Assembly: GCA_965205025.1 (NCBI GenBank)
Contig: CBDBFU010000028.1
Location: 201,844-265,843, forward strand
Length of the DNA: 64,000 nucleotides
Source: Candidatus Poribacteria bacterium
GTDB taxonomy: Bacteria > Poribacteria > WGA-4E > WGA-3G
Reading direction: 5' to 3'
Shown here: one piece after another, positions 19,117-28,509 of the stretch
How positions within the stretch are numbered: the stretch's first letter is position 1
Layout of the letters: the number at the start of each line of letters is the position of its first letter
Position numbers and translations under genes: made by a program
The notes under the pieces: generated by a model
What the model saw: the letters and a program-made list of their open reading frames with translations, nothing else
Told to the model about the DNA's origin: nothing
Database searches by the model: none

Positions 19117-19289
19117 GTGACAAAAAGTTTACACACCCCATTAGTTGCTGTAGGTTGACTACTACCAATATATGTGATATATTAATTATGCATTTTTTGA
19201 AGAAAATTGATTAATGACCATCAAATATAATAATTTATGTCTAATTTTAAAATTAACCAATATCTGTTGTGAATGGAGTTGACTATTAT

Positions 19290-20219
19290 ATGGAGCGAAT
19301 CGTTGCATTTATCCTGATCATAACCTTTACACTCATAGGTAGATTTGTTTCTGCGGATAACACCGATATACACGAAAATGCAGGCACACGCGCTATGACG
19401 TTCCTAAAAATCGGGGTTGGGGCAAAAGGTATGGGGATGGGTGAATCTCAGGTGGCTGCCACTGATGATATTTACGCATCCTTTTGGAATCCAGCTGGTC
19501 TCGTAAGACTACAAAGACCAGGACTCGCGTTAATGCATAATGAATGGTTTGCTGGAATCAATCATGAATTTGTCGGTTTTGCATTTCCTCTTACCAGCAA
19601 TGATATCACTGGAGTAAGTGCTAATTTTTTATCATTTGGAGAATTGCAAGGACGTGATCAAGATGGGAATGAAACTACTGTTTTTAGACCCTACGATTTG
19701 GCAATAGCGGTATCATACGCACGGAAAATCCGTACCATGGCATTGGGTTTTAATGCAAAATACCTACGAGAACAGATAGCTGACGAGAATGGTACTGGAA
19801 TTGCATTTGACTTCGGTGGATTATATACATTCACACAGGTTCCTGTTTCAATAGGTTTTAACGCGCAAAACGTTGGTCCACGAGTTCAATATGTTGAAGA
19901 TGCATTTGAATTGCCTTTCACACTCAGATTAGGTGCAGCATATACTTTGTGGGATGATGCTTGTGTATTATCTATAGACTTCATACGTCCTACAGATAAT
20001 GACAATGGAGTAGGTGCTGGAATAGCATATAATATTGCTAATGTATTGCAAATCAGAACTGGGTATAAATATACATTTGGAGGAAATGACTTAGGTGCTT
20101 TATCAGGTCTTCGCTCTGGATTTGGATTAACTCTCAAACGATTTCAAATAGATTATGCACTTATTCCTTTTGGTGTCTTGGGATTAACACACCGATTTTC
20201 ACTGATTGCTACTTTTTAA
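19290..20219 (+). CDS. PorV/PorQ-family (UPF0164-like) outer-membrane beta-barrel
   Basis: Signal peptide; FLKIGVGAKGMGMG, FWNPAGL, DYA..PFG.LG.THRFS and a C-terminal Phe. Confidence 0.8.
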   Translation: MERIVAFILIITFTLIGRFVSADNTDIHENAGTRAMTFLKIGVGAKGMGMGESQVAATDDIYASFWNPAGLVRLQRPGLALMHNEWFAGINHEFVGFAFPLTSNDITGVSANFLSFGELQGRDQDGNETTVFRPYDLAIAVSYARKIRTMALGFNAKYLREQIADENGTGIAFDFGGLYTFTQVPVSIGFNAQNVGPRVQYVEDAFELPFTLRLGAAYTLWDDACVLSIDFIRPTDNDNGVGAGIAYNIANVLQIRTGYKYTFGGNDLGALSGLRSGFGLTLKRFQIDYALIPFGVLGLTHRFSLIATF

Positions 20220-20234
20220 CATTTAGACTTACCT

Positions 20235-20357
20235 AACGTGAGTTTGATAAGACACATTGTAACCCGAACTTTTAGTTAACACCAGAGTGCACAAACTGGA
20301 AAGTTTGTGCTACAAAGACTATCTTCAGGGCGAAGTTCTGTTTGTCGAACTGACATT
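20235..20357. repeat. MITE/REPIN-like element (family C arms around a GTAGCACAAAC hairpin) between convergent genes
   Basis: Arms AACGTGAGTTTGATAA / TTGTCGAACTGACATT (imperfect IR); core GCACAAACT-GGAA-AGTTTGTGC-TAC at 20289-20313. Confidence 0.55.
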
Positions 20358-20376
20358 TTTTATTATCAAACTGGCG

Positions 20377-21075
20377 TTACCTACCATTATATTCTGTTGC
20401 GGCTTCTATAAATGCTTTGAATAATTTGCGTCTGTGCTCCTTAAATTCACCTGAAGTAGTCATCCTTTCTGGATGATATTGCACTCCAACCACAAACCTT
20501 TTACTCGGATCCTCTATAGCCTCAACGGTATCATCAATTGTACATAATGCTGTCACAACAAAACCTTCTCCCAGTTTCTTCACAGACTGATGGTGGGCAG
20601 AATTAACTCCATCCATCTCCATTTCTATTACTCTACCAATTAAATTCTCTTGTTCTAATTCAATTTTTATTGTATGTTCTGAATCCGTTCCATCTCCTCT
20701 TTTTGAATGTGAGTCTATATGTTGGTGAAGACTACCACCTGTCGCTACATTCATGACTTGAATTCCCCGACAGATACCGAAAACAGGAATGTCCTTCTCA
20801 ATAGCCTTTTCATACAAGTCAAATTCCAATTCATCGCGGTTTATATTCACATATTGTGTTCTTGGATCCATTTCTTCATCATAATAATCTGGATCTATAT
20901 CTCCGCCACCAGGCAATAAGAGTCCTTGGATGTCGTCAATCTGTTCTTCAGTTGACTTTTCATCACGAATTAATAGTACTACCTCTCCTCCGAATTCCTC
21001 CAATGTATTCACATAATTTGCGAAATCATGACTACCATCCCTGTTCACTACTGGAATGCCGATTTTTGGTTTCAT
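20377..21075 (-). CDS. Gamma-glutamyl-gamma-aminobutyrate hydrolase-like glutamine amidotransferase (peptidase C26)
   Basis: LLLPGGGDIDP, GICRGIQVMNV, NSAHHQ, GVQYHPE. Confidence 0.9.
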   Translation of the reverse strand: MKPKIGIPVVNRDGSHDFANYVNTLEEFGGEVVLLIRDEKSTEEQIDDIQGLLLPGGGDIDPDYYDEEMDPRTQYVNINRDELEFDLYEKAIEKDIPVFGICRGIQVMNVATGGSLHQHIDSHSKRGDGTDSEHTIKIELEQENLIGRVIEMEMDGVNSAHHQSVKKLGEGFVVTALCTIDDTVEAIEDPSKRFVVGVQYHPERMTTSGEFKEHRRKLFKAFIEAATEYNGR

Positions 21076-21192
21076 CTATATTTCTCCTTTCAAAGCAATA
21101 ATGCTTTTCTATGATTATCATACTAAATTTAATTATATCCAATACCTACATTGATAACAAGCAAGAGTTATGGGAGGCAAACTCTATGGTGT

Positions 21193-21221
21193 TTGCAAAA
21201 AGAGGGCATGCATGTTATAAT
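21193..21221 (+). promoter_or_regulatory. Putative sigma70 promoter giving a leaderless transcript
   Basis: TTGCAA-17nt-TATAAT with extended TG; ATG 7 nt after the -10 box; no SD. Confidence 0.55.
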
Positions 21222-21228
21222 ATAGCAC

Positions 21229-22023
21229 ATGGAATTTATGTTGGACATGGATCCTGGAAGTACAGTTTCTATCACTGAGGATGGAGAATCTATACTCACC
21301 TATCATTATGGTGAATCTGTATGGCATCCATACTTTCATCCCGTCTATGCACCAAATGGAGAGTTGATGACTAACGAGATAGAAGGAACGGAACAGAAAT
21401 ATCCATCAGGACTCTCTTTTTCATTTCGAACAGTACTTAATATAAAAAGGAATCCTGTTAAATTAACCAAAATTACCGACTTGATTAATCAAACACCCTC
21501 CGAAATAGAAGATGTGGTGGAGTTTACAAATTCAGTCATTTGGGAATCCTCGGAACTAAAATTACTACAGACAAATAATATCTATCTCTATCCCCTCCAA
21601 GATGGTGTTCGGATTATAGATCTATCAGTAGAAATGTCCACTAATTCAGATACTCTGTTGTTTGAGGACGGTCTGGGTCTGAGTTATAATGCTGTTGATA
21701 TGGAGCATAGGAAGGTAGCAGATTCCGAAGGTAGAATCGGAGAATCTGAAGTAAACGGAAAAGAAGCAGACTGGGGAACATTGTGTGGTATTATTAATGA
21801 TACTCCAGTTGGGAGTGCAATTCTACCTGATAACTCTAATGGTAAAACAGTTTTTCATTCCGTAGATACACAACGTGGATACTTGTCTGCTCAGTACTCA
21901 CCATTGACCCTCAATCCAGACGTAAAGCAGGCATTTAATTTTCGTTTTTTGGTCTATCTTGGGGATCTATTTACCTTTGATGTACAAAAACACTTTACAA
22001 AATATATGAATGAGAAACATTAA
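21229..22023 (+). CDS. DUF6807/PmoA-like family protein
   Basis: ILTYHY...PYFHPVYAPNG, DSEGRIGE...GK.ADW pattern. Confidence 0.6.
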   Translation: MEFMLDMDPGSTVSITEDGESILTYHYGESVWHPYFHPVYAPNGELMTNEIEGTEQKYPSGLSFSFRTVLNIKRNPVKLTKITDLINQTPSEIEDVVEFTNSVIWESSELKLLQTNNIYLYPLQDGVRIIDLSVEMSTNSDTLLFEDGLGLSYNAVDMEHRKVADSEGRIGESEVNGKEADWGTLCGIINDTPVGSAILPDNSNGKTVFHSVDTQRGYLSAQYSPLTLNPDVKQAFNFRFLVYLGDLFTFDVQKHFTKYMNEKH

Positions 22024-22053
22024 TACTCTTACTGGAAAATCGTTCTCTAACTC

Positions 22054-23475
22054 ATGAAAAATAGATCACCACTACCCATATATATTCCTAATTCCTCATC
22101 TTTGCCAGACGAGAAATTGATGTATAAGAACACTGATGTAAATAACAATACATCAAATGATTCTGGTCAATCTACTCGCAATGTTTATATTGAGACTTAT
22201 GGCTGTCAGATGAATGTCAGCGATACCGAGTTAATGTCAGGTATTCTTACACAAGCTGGCCACAAAACTGTTTCACATATTGATGATGCTGATGTTATCC
22301 TACTAAATACTTGTGCCATTCGTGAAAATGCTGAGACTAAAGTAATTAATCGATTGGTACATTTAAATCATCGAAAACGCCGTAAAGAGGATCTGATTAT
22401 TGGGGTCTGTGGATGCATGGCACAACATCTGCGCGACAAACTGTTAGAAGCTGCACCTTATGTTGATCTTGTAATGGGACCGGATGCATATCGAAATCTA
22501 CCGTTGGCTCTAAATGCAGTTGTTACTGGCGATCCGTTTCTCAGTTTACAGTTAGATAAAAACGAAGACTATGCTGACATCGCACCTATTCGTAAAGAAG
22601 GAATCAGGGCATGGTTAACTATCCAACGTGGATGCGATAAAATGTGCACATTCTGTATTGTTCCATTTGTAAGAGGGAGAGAAAGAAGTATTTCATTAGA
22701 ACTACTTATAGATGATGTTAAGAGACTTGTAGATGAAGGTTTCAAAGAAATTGTTCTACTTGGACAAACAGTAAATTCATATAACGATGGTATGCATGAT
22801 TTTGGTGAAGTCTTATGGCGTATTTCAGGAGTAGATGGTGTTGAACGTGTCAGATTCACTTCCCCCCATCCTGCTGATGCTACTGATAGTATGATAGATG
22901 CATTACAAAACTGTCCAGAGGTATGTAAACAGTTACATCTTCCATTACAATCAGGATCAACACGGGTTTTGCAGAATATGCGTCGCACATACACAGTTGA
23001 ACAATACCGTGATATAATCTATAAGTTACGAGATAGGGTGCCACAGATTGCACTTTCTACGGATGTCATTGTCGGATTTTGTGGAGAAACTGAGGACGAC
23101 TTTAGACAGACTTATAAACTTATGGAAGAAGTCAGATTTGATTCTGCATTTATGTTCAAATACTCAGATCGTGAAGGAACGTTAGCTAATAAGATGCTAT
23201 CGGATGATGTGCTTGAATCTGAAAAAGCCAGACGATTGAATGAAATCATAGACCTACAAGAAGATATTTCTGCGGATATCAACTCAGCATCAATTGGGAC
23301 AACCGTACCTGTATTGGTTGAAGGAAATAGTCGACGTAATGATGAAGAATTTCATGGAAAATCAGATACATTCAAAACAACTGTATTCCCAAAAGAGAAT
23401 GCAAAGATCGGTGATATTGTCAATGTAACAATTCATTCCACAACAGCACATACATTAATTGGAGAAATTGCTTGA
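22054..23475 (+). CDS. miaB: tRNA-2-methylthio-N6-dimethylallyladenosine synthase
   Basis: TYGCQMN, NTCAIRE, GCMAQ, GCDKMCTFCIVP radical-SAM motif, RFTSPHP, TRAM domain. Confidence 0.97.
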   Translation: MKNRSPLPIYIPNSSSLPDEKLMYKNTDVNNNTSNDSGQSTRNVYIETYGCQMNVSDTELMSGILTQAGHKTVSHIDDADVILLNTCAIRENAETKVINRLVHLNHRKRRKEDLIIGVCGCMAQHLRDKLLEAAPYVDLVMGPDAYRNLPLALNAVVTGDPFLSLQLDKNEDYADIAPIRKEGIRAWLTIQRGCDKMCTFCIVPFVRGRERSISLELLIDDVKRLVDEGFKEIVLLGQTVNSYNDGMHDFGEVLWRISGVDGVERVRFTSPHPADATDSMIDALQNCPEVCKQLHLPLQSGSTRVLQNMRRTYTVEQYRDIIYKLRDRVPQIALSTDVIVGFCGETEDDFRQTYKLMEEVRFDSAFMFKYSDREGTLANKMLSDDVLESEKARRLNEIIDLQEDISADINSASIGTTVPVLVEGNSRRNDEEFHGKSDTFKTTVFPKENAKIGDIVNVTIHSTTAHTLIGEIA

Positions 23476-23565
23476 TATAAGGTTATTTAGTAAATGGTTT
23501 TGGCAAACATACTTCAATATGAGAATAAGTATATCTAATTTTTCACAAACTATTGCGTAAGAAAA

Positions 23566-24354
23566 ATGCAAAAAATTAGAATCAAAAATCGTTCAGAAAT
23601 CGAGAAAATGAAACGGAGTGGTCAAGCTGCTGCTCAAGTTCTACAAACAATTGCTGACGCTATTGAACCCGGTATTACAACCTATGAATTAGAAATGGAA
23701 TCCCGTAAAGCAATTGAAAATCAAAACGCCACCTCTTCTTTCCTAAACTATGCAATCCCCGGACATGAACCCTATCCCGCCACAATTTGTGTCTCTGTAA
23801 ATAACACGGTCATACACGGAATCCCAAAAAAGAGCGAAGAACTTGGTAACGGTGATATCATCGGTGTGGATACCGCAGTGAGTATAGATGGCTTTCACGG
23901 TGATAACGCTTATACCTTCCCCGTTGGAAATATCTCACCAGAAGCACAGAAATTGCTGGATGTATCAAAAGCATCTTTATATGCAGCAATATCAGAAGCG
24001 AAACCGGGTAACCGTATTGGTGATGTATCTTTTCAGCTTCAAAATGTAGCAGAATCAGAAGGTTTTTCAGTGATACAAAACTTTTCTGGACATGGAATTG
24101 GACGCAATCTACATGAAGAACCTCAAGTACCAACATCCGGTTCGCCAGGTAAAGGAGTTCGTTTAAGAGCGGGGATGGTGCTTGCCATTGAAGCTATGGT
24201 AAACCAAGGTAATCCTGATGTGAATATGTTAGAGGATGGTTGGAGTATAGTAACCTCAGATGGAAGTTTATCTGCATTTTTTGAACATACGGTGGCTATA
24301 CTACCTGATGGACCTGAAATTCTTACAGGGAGTGGGATATGGGAAATGCTATAA
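23566..24354 (+). CDS. map: Methionine aminopeptidase type I
   Basis: CVSVN..VIHGIP, GD.A.T, GHGIG..LHEEP, AIE, FEHTV. Confidence 0.95.
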   Translation: MQKIRIKNRSEIEKMKRSGQAAAQVLQTIADAIEPGITTYELEMESRKAIENQNATSSFLNYAIPGHEPYPATICVSVNNTVIHGIPKKSEELGNGDIIGVDTAVSIDGFHGDNAYTFPVGNISPEAQKLLDVSKASLYAAISEAKPGNRIGDVSFQLQNVAESEGFSVIQNFSGHGIGRNLHEEPQVPTSGSPGKGVRLRAGMVLAIEAMVNQGNPDVNMLEDGWSIVTSDGSLSAFFEHTVAILPDGPEILTGSGIWEML

Positions 24355-25064
24355 CAACGAATGTTTCAAATCCACGGAGACTTGATCAATGGTTAGATAG
24401 AACGCACACCTTATACGCTTTTGCTGCAATACTCATATTCTTATCAATCTATCTAATTTTTGGATATGCTGAGGTAGAAAGAACTATGCTGGAGGTACAG
24501 AAGATCTTTTTTTTTCATGTTTCCGCTGCTATGACTCTCTATGTTGCCTTCGGTGTAAACTTTCTTTTTAGCCTATTGTATCTAATTAAACGTAATCCTG
24601 ATTATGATCTTCGTGCTGCTGCTGCTGCTGAAATTGGATTAGTCTTTTGTACAATTGTACTCCTCTCTGGACCTATATGGGCTAAATATGCTTGGAATAC
24701 ATGGTGGAACTGGGAAGCCAGACTCACGAGTACACTTGTCCTTTGGCTTATGTATATCAGTTACTTTATTCTACGGTCCGCACTCCTGGATGACAAACGT
24801 AGAATCTCCTCTGCTGTTCTTGGGATAATAGCATTCCTTGATGTTCCAATAGTTCATTTTGCAACGAAATTATGGGAAGAAAAAGCACATCCAAAGCGTG
24901 GCGCAAAAGTCGATGTTGAACCTACTATATTACATACTTGGATCTTTGTCTTAATCGCATTTATAATTCTTCTTTCAATACTCTTTATATTACAATATAG
25001 GATAACAAAGACAAATGAACGGTATGAGATAATTCGACGTAAACATCTTGAGGAGACATCTTGA
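24339..25064 (+). CDS. ccmC: Heme exporter/cytochrome c assembly protein CcmC
   Basis: Six TM segments; IFFFHV; WWD motif GPIWAKYAWNTWWNWEARLT; second His in KAHP. Confidence 0.85.
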   Translation: MGNAITTNVSNPRRLDQWLDRTHTLYAFAAILIFLSIYLIFGYAEVERTMLEVQKIFFFHVSAAMTLYVAFGVNFLFSLLYLIKRNPDYDLRAAAAAEIGLVFCTIVLLSGPIWAKYAWNTWWNWEARLTSTLVLWLMYISYFILRSALLDDKRRISSAVLGIIAFLDVPIVHFATKLWEEKAHPKRGAKVDVEPTILHTWIFVLIAFIILLSILFILQYRITKTNERYEIIRRKHLEETS

Positions 25065-25417
25065 TACGTATAACAATTATAGTCAGTTCTGTTATTGTAT
25101 TGGGTCTTTTGTTTGCCACAATCCAAGTGCCGACATTGGATCAAGACACAGTAAATAAAGCCATTGATGAAGCAATATCCCAAATCAAAGTGACTCCTGA
25201 AAATAGGAATATTGTTGAAAAAGCCGTATTCCTTACTGTTGAGAAACTTGAAACTGGACAGCAGAGAAGACTCAAATTCCTGGTTTCTGCATATCTTGTT
25301 ATCTGGTTAGTCTTTATGCTTTATTTGTTTAGATTAGGGAAACAACAACAGACTTTAGATCAGAGAATATCACAATTAGAGGAAGATACCTCTATTCAAA
25401 CTGAAGAAACTGCTTAG
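25061..25417 (+). CDS. CcmD-like protein with N-terminal extension
   Basis: Overlaps the ccmC stop; C-terminal FLVSAYLVIWLVFMLYLFRL...LDQRISQLE matches the CcmD pattern. Confidence 0.6.
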   Translation: MIRITIIVSSVIVLGLLFATIQVPTLDQDTVNKAIDEAISQIKVTPENRNIVEKAVFLTVEKLETGQQRRLKFLVSAYLVIWLVFMLYLFRLGKQQQTLDQRISQLEEDTSIQTEETA

Positions 25418-25448
25418 TGACATAATCTTAAATGGGGTGGTTGAACAA

Positions 25449-26219
25449 TTATAAGTCACTGACTACTATCTGGAATATCCTCCCAATTGTGTTCGGGGAA
25501 TATCCCAAATCATCTTTAGATTTCTTCCAATCAAATCGTGAATCGTTTCGTCCTGCCACTGCATTATACGCACCGTACGATACTTCTTCGGATTCTATAG
25601 CACGGACAACACATTGTGCAACATCTCTCGGATCAACATAGACAAACCAAGGATCTGTTACATTATTAGGTTCTGAAGGACCAGGATTTAAACCATCCCC
25701 GGCAATAACTCCTGGGCGGACATGGATTACCTTTAAACCGTGTGCTTGATGATAGGCTAATCCAATTTGCTCTCCAAGATATTTTGATAGAGAATAAAAG
25801 AGATCCCCACCACCAAACTTAAAATCATCCCCAACTTTATACGGCAAATCAACCCCTGGTGCAGGTGGACAAGTAGAAATACTGGATATATTAACTAATT
25901 TCTCAACACGTTGTTGAACACAAGCTTCCGCAACGTTCCACGTTCCTTTTACCATGATATCAGCATATAAGGATAGAGGTTTTCCATGTCGTTCACGGAC
26001 TAAAGCAACAAGGTGGATGACGGCATCCTGTTCTGCACACGCGTCTACAATTTCAGAGGTTTCAGTTACATCAACTTTTCTGAATGTTGCCCCATCATAC
26101 TTTCGATCAGGTTCTACAATGTCAGCAAGAGTTAATTGGTATTCAGTGTGGAGTCGTTCAATGATAAATTGTGCAAGGTAACCAGAAGCACCGGTGATTA
26201 ATATCTTTTGAATTGCCAT
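25449..26219 (-). CDS. NAD-dependent epimerase/dehydratase
   Basis: ITGASGYL, HLVA, NISS, YSLSK. Confidence 0.85.
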   Translation of the reverse strand: MAIQKILITGASGYLAQFIIERLHTEYQLTLADIVEPDRKYDGATFRKVDVTETSEIVDACAEQDAVIHLVALVRERHGKPLSLYADIMVKGTWNVAEACVQQRVEKLVNISSISTCPPAPGVDLPYKVGDDFKFGGGDLFYSLSKYLGEQIGLAYHQAHGLKVIHVRPGVIAGDGLNPGPSEPNNVTDPWFVYVDPRDVAQCVVRAIESEEVSYGAYNAVAGRNDSRFDWKKSKDDLGYSPNTIGRIFQIVVSDL

Positions 26220-26230
26220 TGTTATTAGTT

Positions 26231-26572
26231 CTAATTGCCGAATGGTATTTCGGAGTAGAGCGTCTCATTGTAACCAACATAAAACACATCACCTATACGA
26301 ATAGTAGGTGCGCGTAAACTCCCACTTCGTCCTAATACTGCTTTTATGATAGATTCCTGATTTGCTTCATCTGGTTGGAAGGTTTCAACACTCTTACCTT
26401 TTGCGATAACTACCTGTTCTGCAGATCCCAGTAAATCCCATACTGCATCTGCTTCTAATTTCTCTTTTCTTGCATCAGTCCGATTTTCCGCTTCAATGTT
26501 ATGTGACTCAAGTACCTCTTGAGCTTTTTTACAAGAGGTTCAGCTATTCCGATAATACATCCAGTCAACCAT
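26231..26572 (-). CDS. ArsC/glutaredoxin-like selenoprotein (UxxC), 113 aa, absent from the ORF track
   Basis: ATG overlaps the upstream TAA (TAATG). Translation MVDWMYYRNS-U(TGA 26540-26542)-TSCKKAQEVL...DARKEKL...IAKGK...LGRSGSLRAPTIRIGD...VGYNE...* exactly fills the operon gap. Confidence 0.88.
26507..26539 (-). promoter_or_regulatory. Candidate bacterial SECIS of the ArsC-like gene
   Basis: CTCAAG-AGGTA-CTTGAG stem-loop after a 16-nt spacer from UGA; alternative stem ACCTCTTG/CAAGAGGT directly after UGA. Confidence 0.55.
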
Positions 26573-27606
26573 TATAATTCCTCCACCTTAATAAATCTTC
26601 CTGTATTACGACTTTGTATTGCAGCATCAATGAGGCTTAGGGTGTGAAAAGCATCAGAAAAAGATGAACGGATTAGTGTTTCATCACCTGTTTCAATTGC
26701 ACGAATCCATGCCCCAGTTTTGTCTAAACCGATACTATTTTGTGATATAGCAGGTTCATCTATTTTCTCACCATTAAGATAACCCCGAATGGCGTTATTT
26801 GCCATGGTAGCTTGTAGTCGTAAATGTGGTCCTAGTACCTCAACATCAAAACAGAAACCTTCTGTACCACAATGATTCATATGTGTTCCGAATACACCGT
26901 TATCCATCTCGTAAGTCATCTGTATAGCATTTTCAGCATCAAATTCATCTCGTTCTAATGCCATATTCTTTATTGCAAGAGCGTGTGCTTGTATAGGTTT
27001 TGGATCTCCTAATACATAACGGGCACAATCTAAAACATGAATTGCTTGTTCGGCTAATGGACCACCGCTAATCTCTGACTGCAAAAACCATGGAGGCATT
27101 TGAAAATCAAGATAGTAGTTTATTGTACAAACAGTTCTCACAAGATGAATTGTTTCTGAAGCAATTATGCTCTTGAGTCGTTCATACAGTGGGTGATACC
27201 GTAGTTGAAATCCTACAGCTGCAATGCTATTTGATTTCTCAATACATTCAAGGCATTTCCTTCCTTCAGACACATCATACGCAGGAGGTTTCTCAACCAA
27301 TATGGGTATATCCCGTTCACAAGCCATCTGGATCGGTGTTAAACGTACGGGGGGTGGTGTTGTTATCACCACCCCGTCTAATTCTATATCAAAAAATTCA
27401 TCTAACGAATCTGTTATTACCTTAGACTTCGCTTCTGTTCCAAGGTCTTGTGCAGCCTTAAGATGAACATCGTGAACAGCAACAACATGTGCACCATAAC
27501 TGGTGATTGCATTGTAGTGATGTCTTCCCATCCTACCCGCACCAATGATACCTATTGCTGCGGAGTCATTGTTGATAGTTGCATCCGTAGATGAATTCTT
27601 ATTCAT
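26572..27606 (-). CDS. Gfo/Idh/MocA oxidoreductase
   Basis: IIGAGRMG, LVEKPP, VGFQLRY, SGGPL.EQAIH..D. Confidence 0.9.
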   Translation of the reverse strand: MNKNSSTDATINNDSAAIGIIGAGRMGRHHYNAITSYGAHVVAVHDVHLKAAQDLGTEAKSKVITDSLDEFFDIELDGVVITTPPPVRLTPIQMACERDIPILVEKPPAYDVSEGRKCLECIEKSNSIAAVGFQLRYHPLYERLKSIIASETIHLVRTVCTINYYLDFQMPPWFLQSEISGGPLAEQAIHVLDCARYVLGDPKPIQAHALAIKNMALERDEFDAENAIQMTYEMDNGVFGTHMNHCGTEGFCFDVEVLGPHLRLQATMANNAIRGYLNGEKIDEPAISQNSIGLDKTGAWIRAIETGDETLIRSSFSDAFHTLSLIDAAIQSRNTGRFIKVEEL

Positions 27607-28328
27607 TACTTACGCTTTAGGTTGCCCCATGTTACTGCGGCTTTACCTTTTGGTTCAACAGGTGTTGGATTAAAATCTGGTGTTACAACAATTACATTGT
27701 CAAATTGAGCGTGTTCACCTGATCTGTCACCTCCACTCATGCGGAAGCCAATTTTACCTTTTGGATGTGCATTCTGTGAATCAGTCCATTCACTCACAAG
27801 CTCAAGTTCATCAACACTTCCACCAACGGGTCCGATGTAGGCTTTGAATTCGTGTCCAGAACGAATTTCAAATTTGATACGGTACCAAACATTTGCATCA
27901 CGGTCAACGTCGTCTTGGAATCCAAGAGCATCAACTGCCCAACCGCCATTGACTCTACGGTGCCAGCGGATATGTTGAGGAGTATGACCTGATGCTCCTG
28001 TGGATACTTGGTGCATATAAATGTTGTTACCATCAGTTCCGTTGAATACAAAACCTGCTAAACCTCCATCCATTGCTTTAAAATCTGCGTAATAATCATA
28101 ATCAGATGGAAAATCGGTTACACTTAGACCAACTCCACCACCCCAAACATCAATGACGTGGTTACCCAATACAGCATGACCATCACCATTATCTTGAATC
28201 AGCCAACTTCCTTGAGCAGCCCATTTTGAATCGTCAATGTTTCCGCTTTCAAAATCATCTTGAAATAGAATCTCAGCAGAAACGGTTCCAACAAATAAAA
28301 TCATAACTAAACACATGAAATACTTCAT
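27606..28328 (-). CDS. Secreted concanavalin/DUF1080-like protein with conserved C-terminal tail
   Basis: Signal peptide; FQDDFE...WYRIK...GKIGFR...FDNV; tail PVEPKGKAAVTWGNLKRK. Confidence 0.65.
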   Translation of the reverse strand: MKYFMCLVMILFVGTVSAEILFQDDFESGNIDDSKWAAQGSWLIQDNGDGHAVLGNHVIDVWGGGVGLSVTDFPSDYDYYADFKAMDGGLAGFVFNGTDGNNIYMHQVSTGASGHTPQHIRWHRRVNGGWAVDALGFQDDVDRDANVWYRIKFEIRSGHEFKAYIGPVGGSVDELELVSEWTDSQNAHPKGKIGFRMSGGDRSGEHAQFDNVIVVTPDFNPTPVEPKGKAAVTWGNLKRK

Positions 28329-28509
28329 TACTATGTATTCTCCTTTTAAGAAATGACAATCAGTTAAATATACGAATTTGATTACAGAGTATATTCAATA
28401 ATATTGATAAGTGATTAATTTTATCCTTGCAGATTATAGCATAAATAGGACTTTTAATTAACTTTTATAGAATCAATATGAAAATATTAATTTAAACCAG
28501 TTTTTACGT

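Noticed and set aside
18948-19136. 62-aa minus-strand ORF
   Set aside because: Composed of REP and arm sequences.
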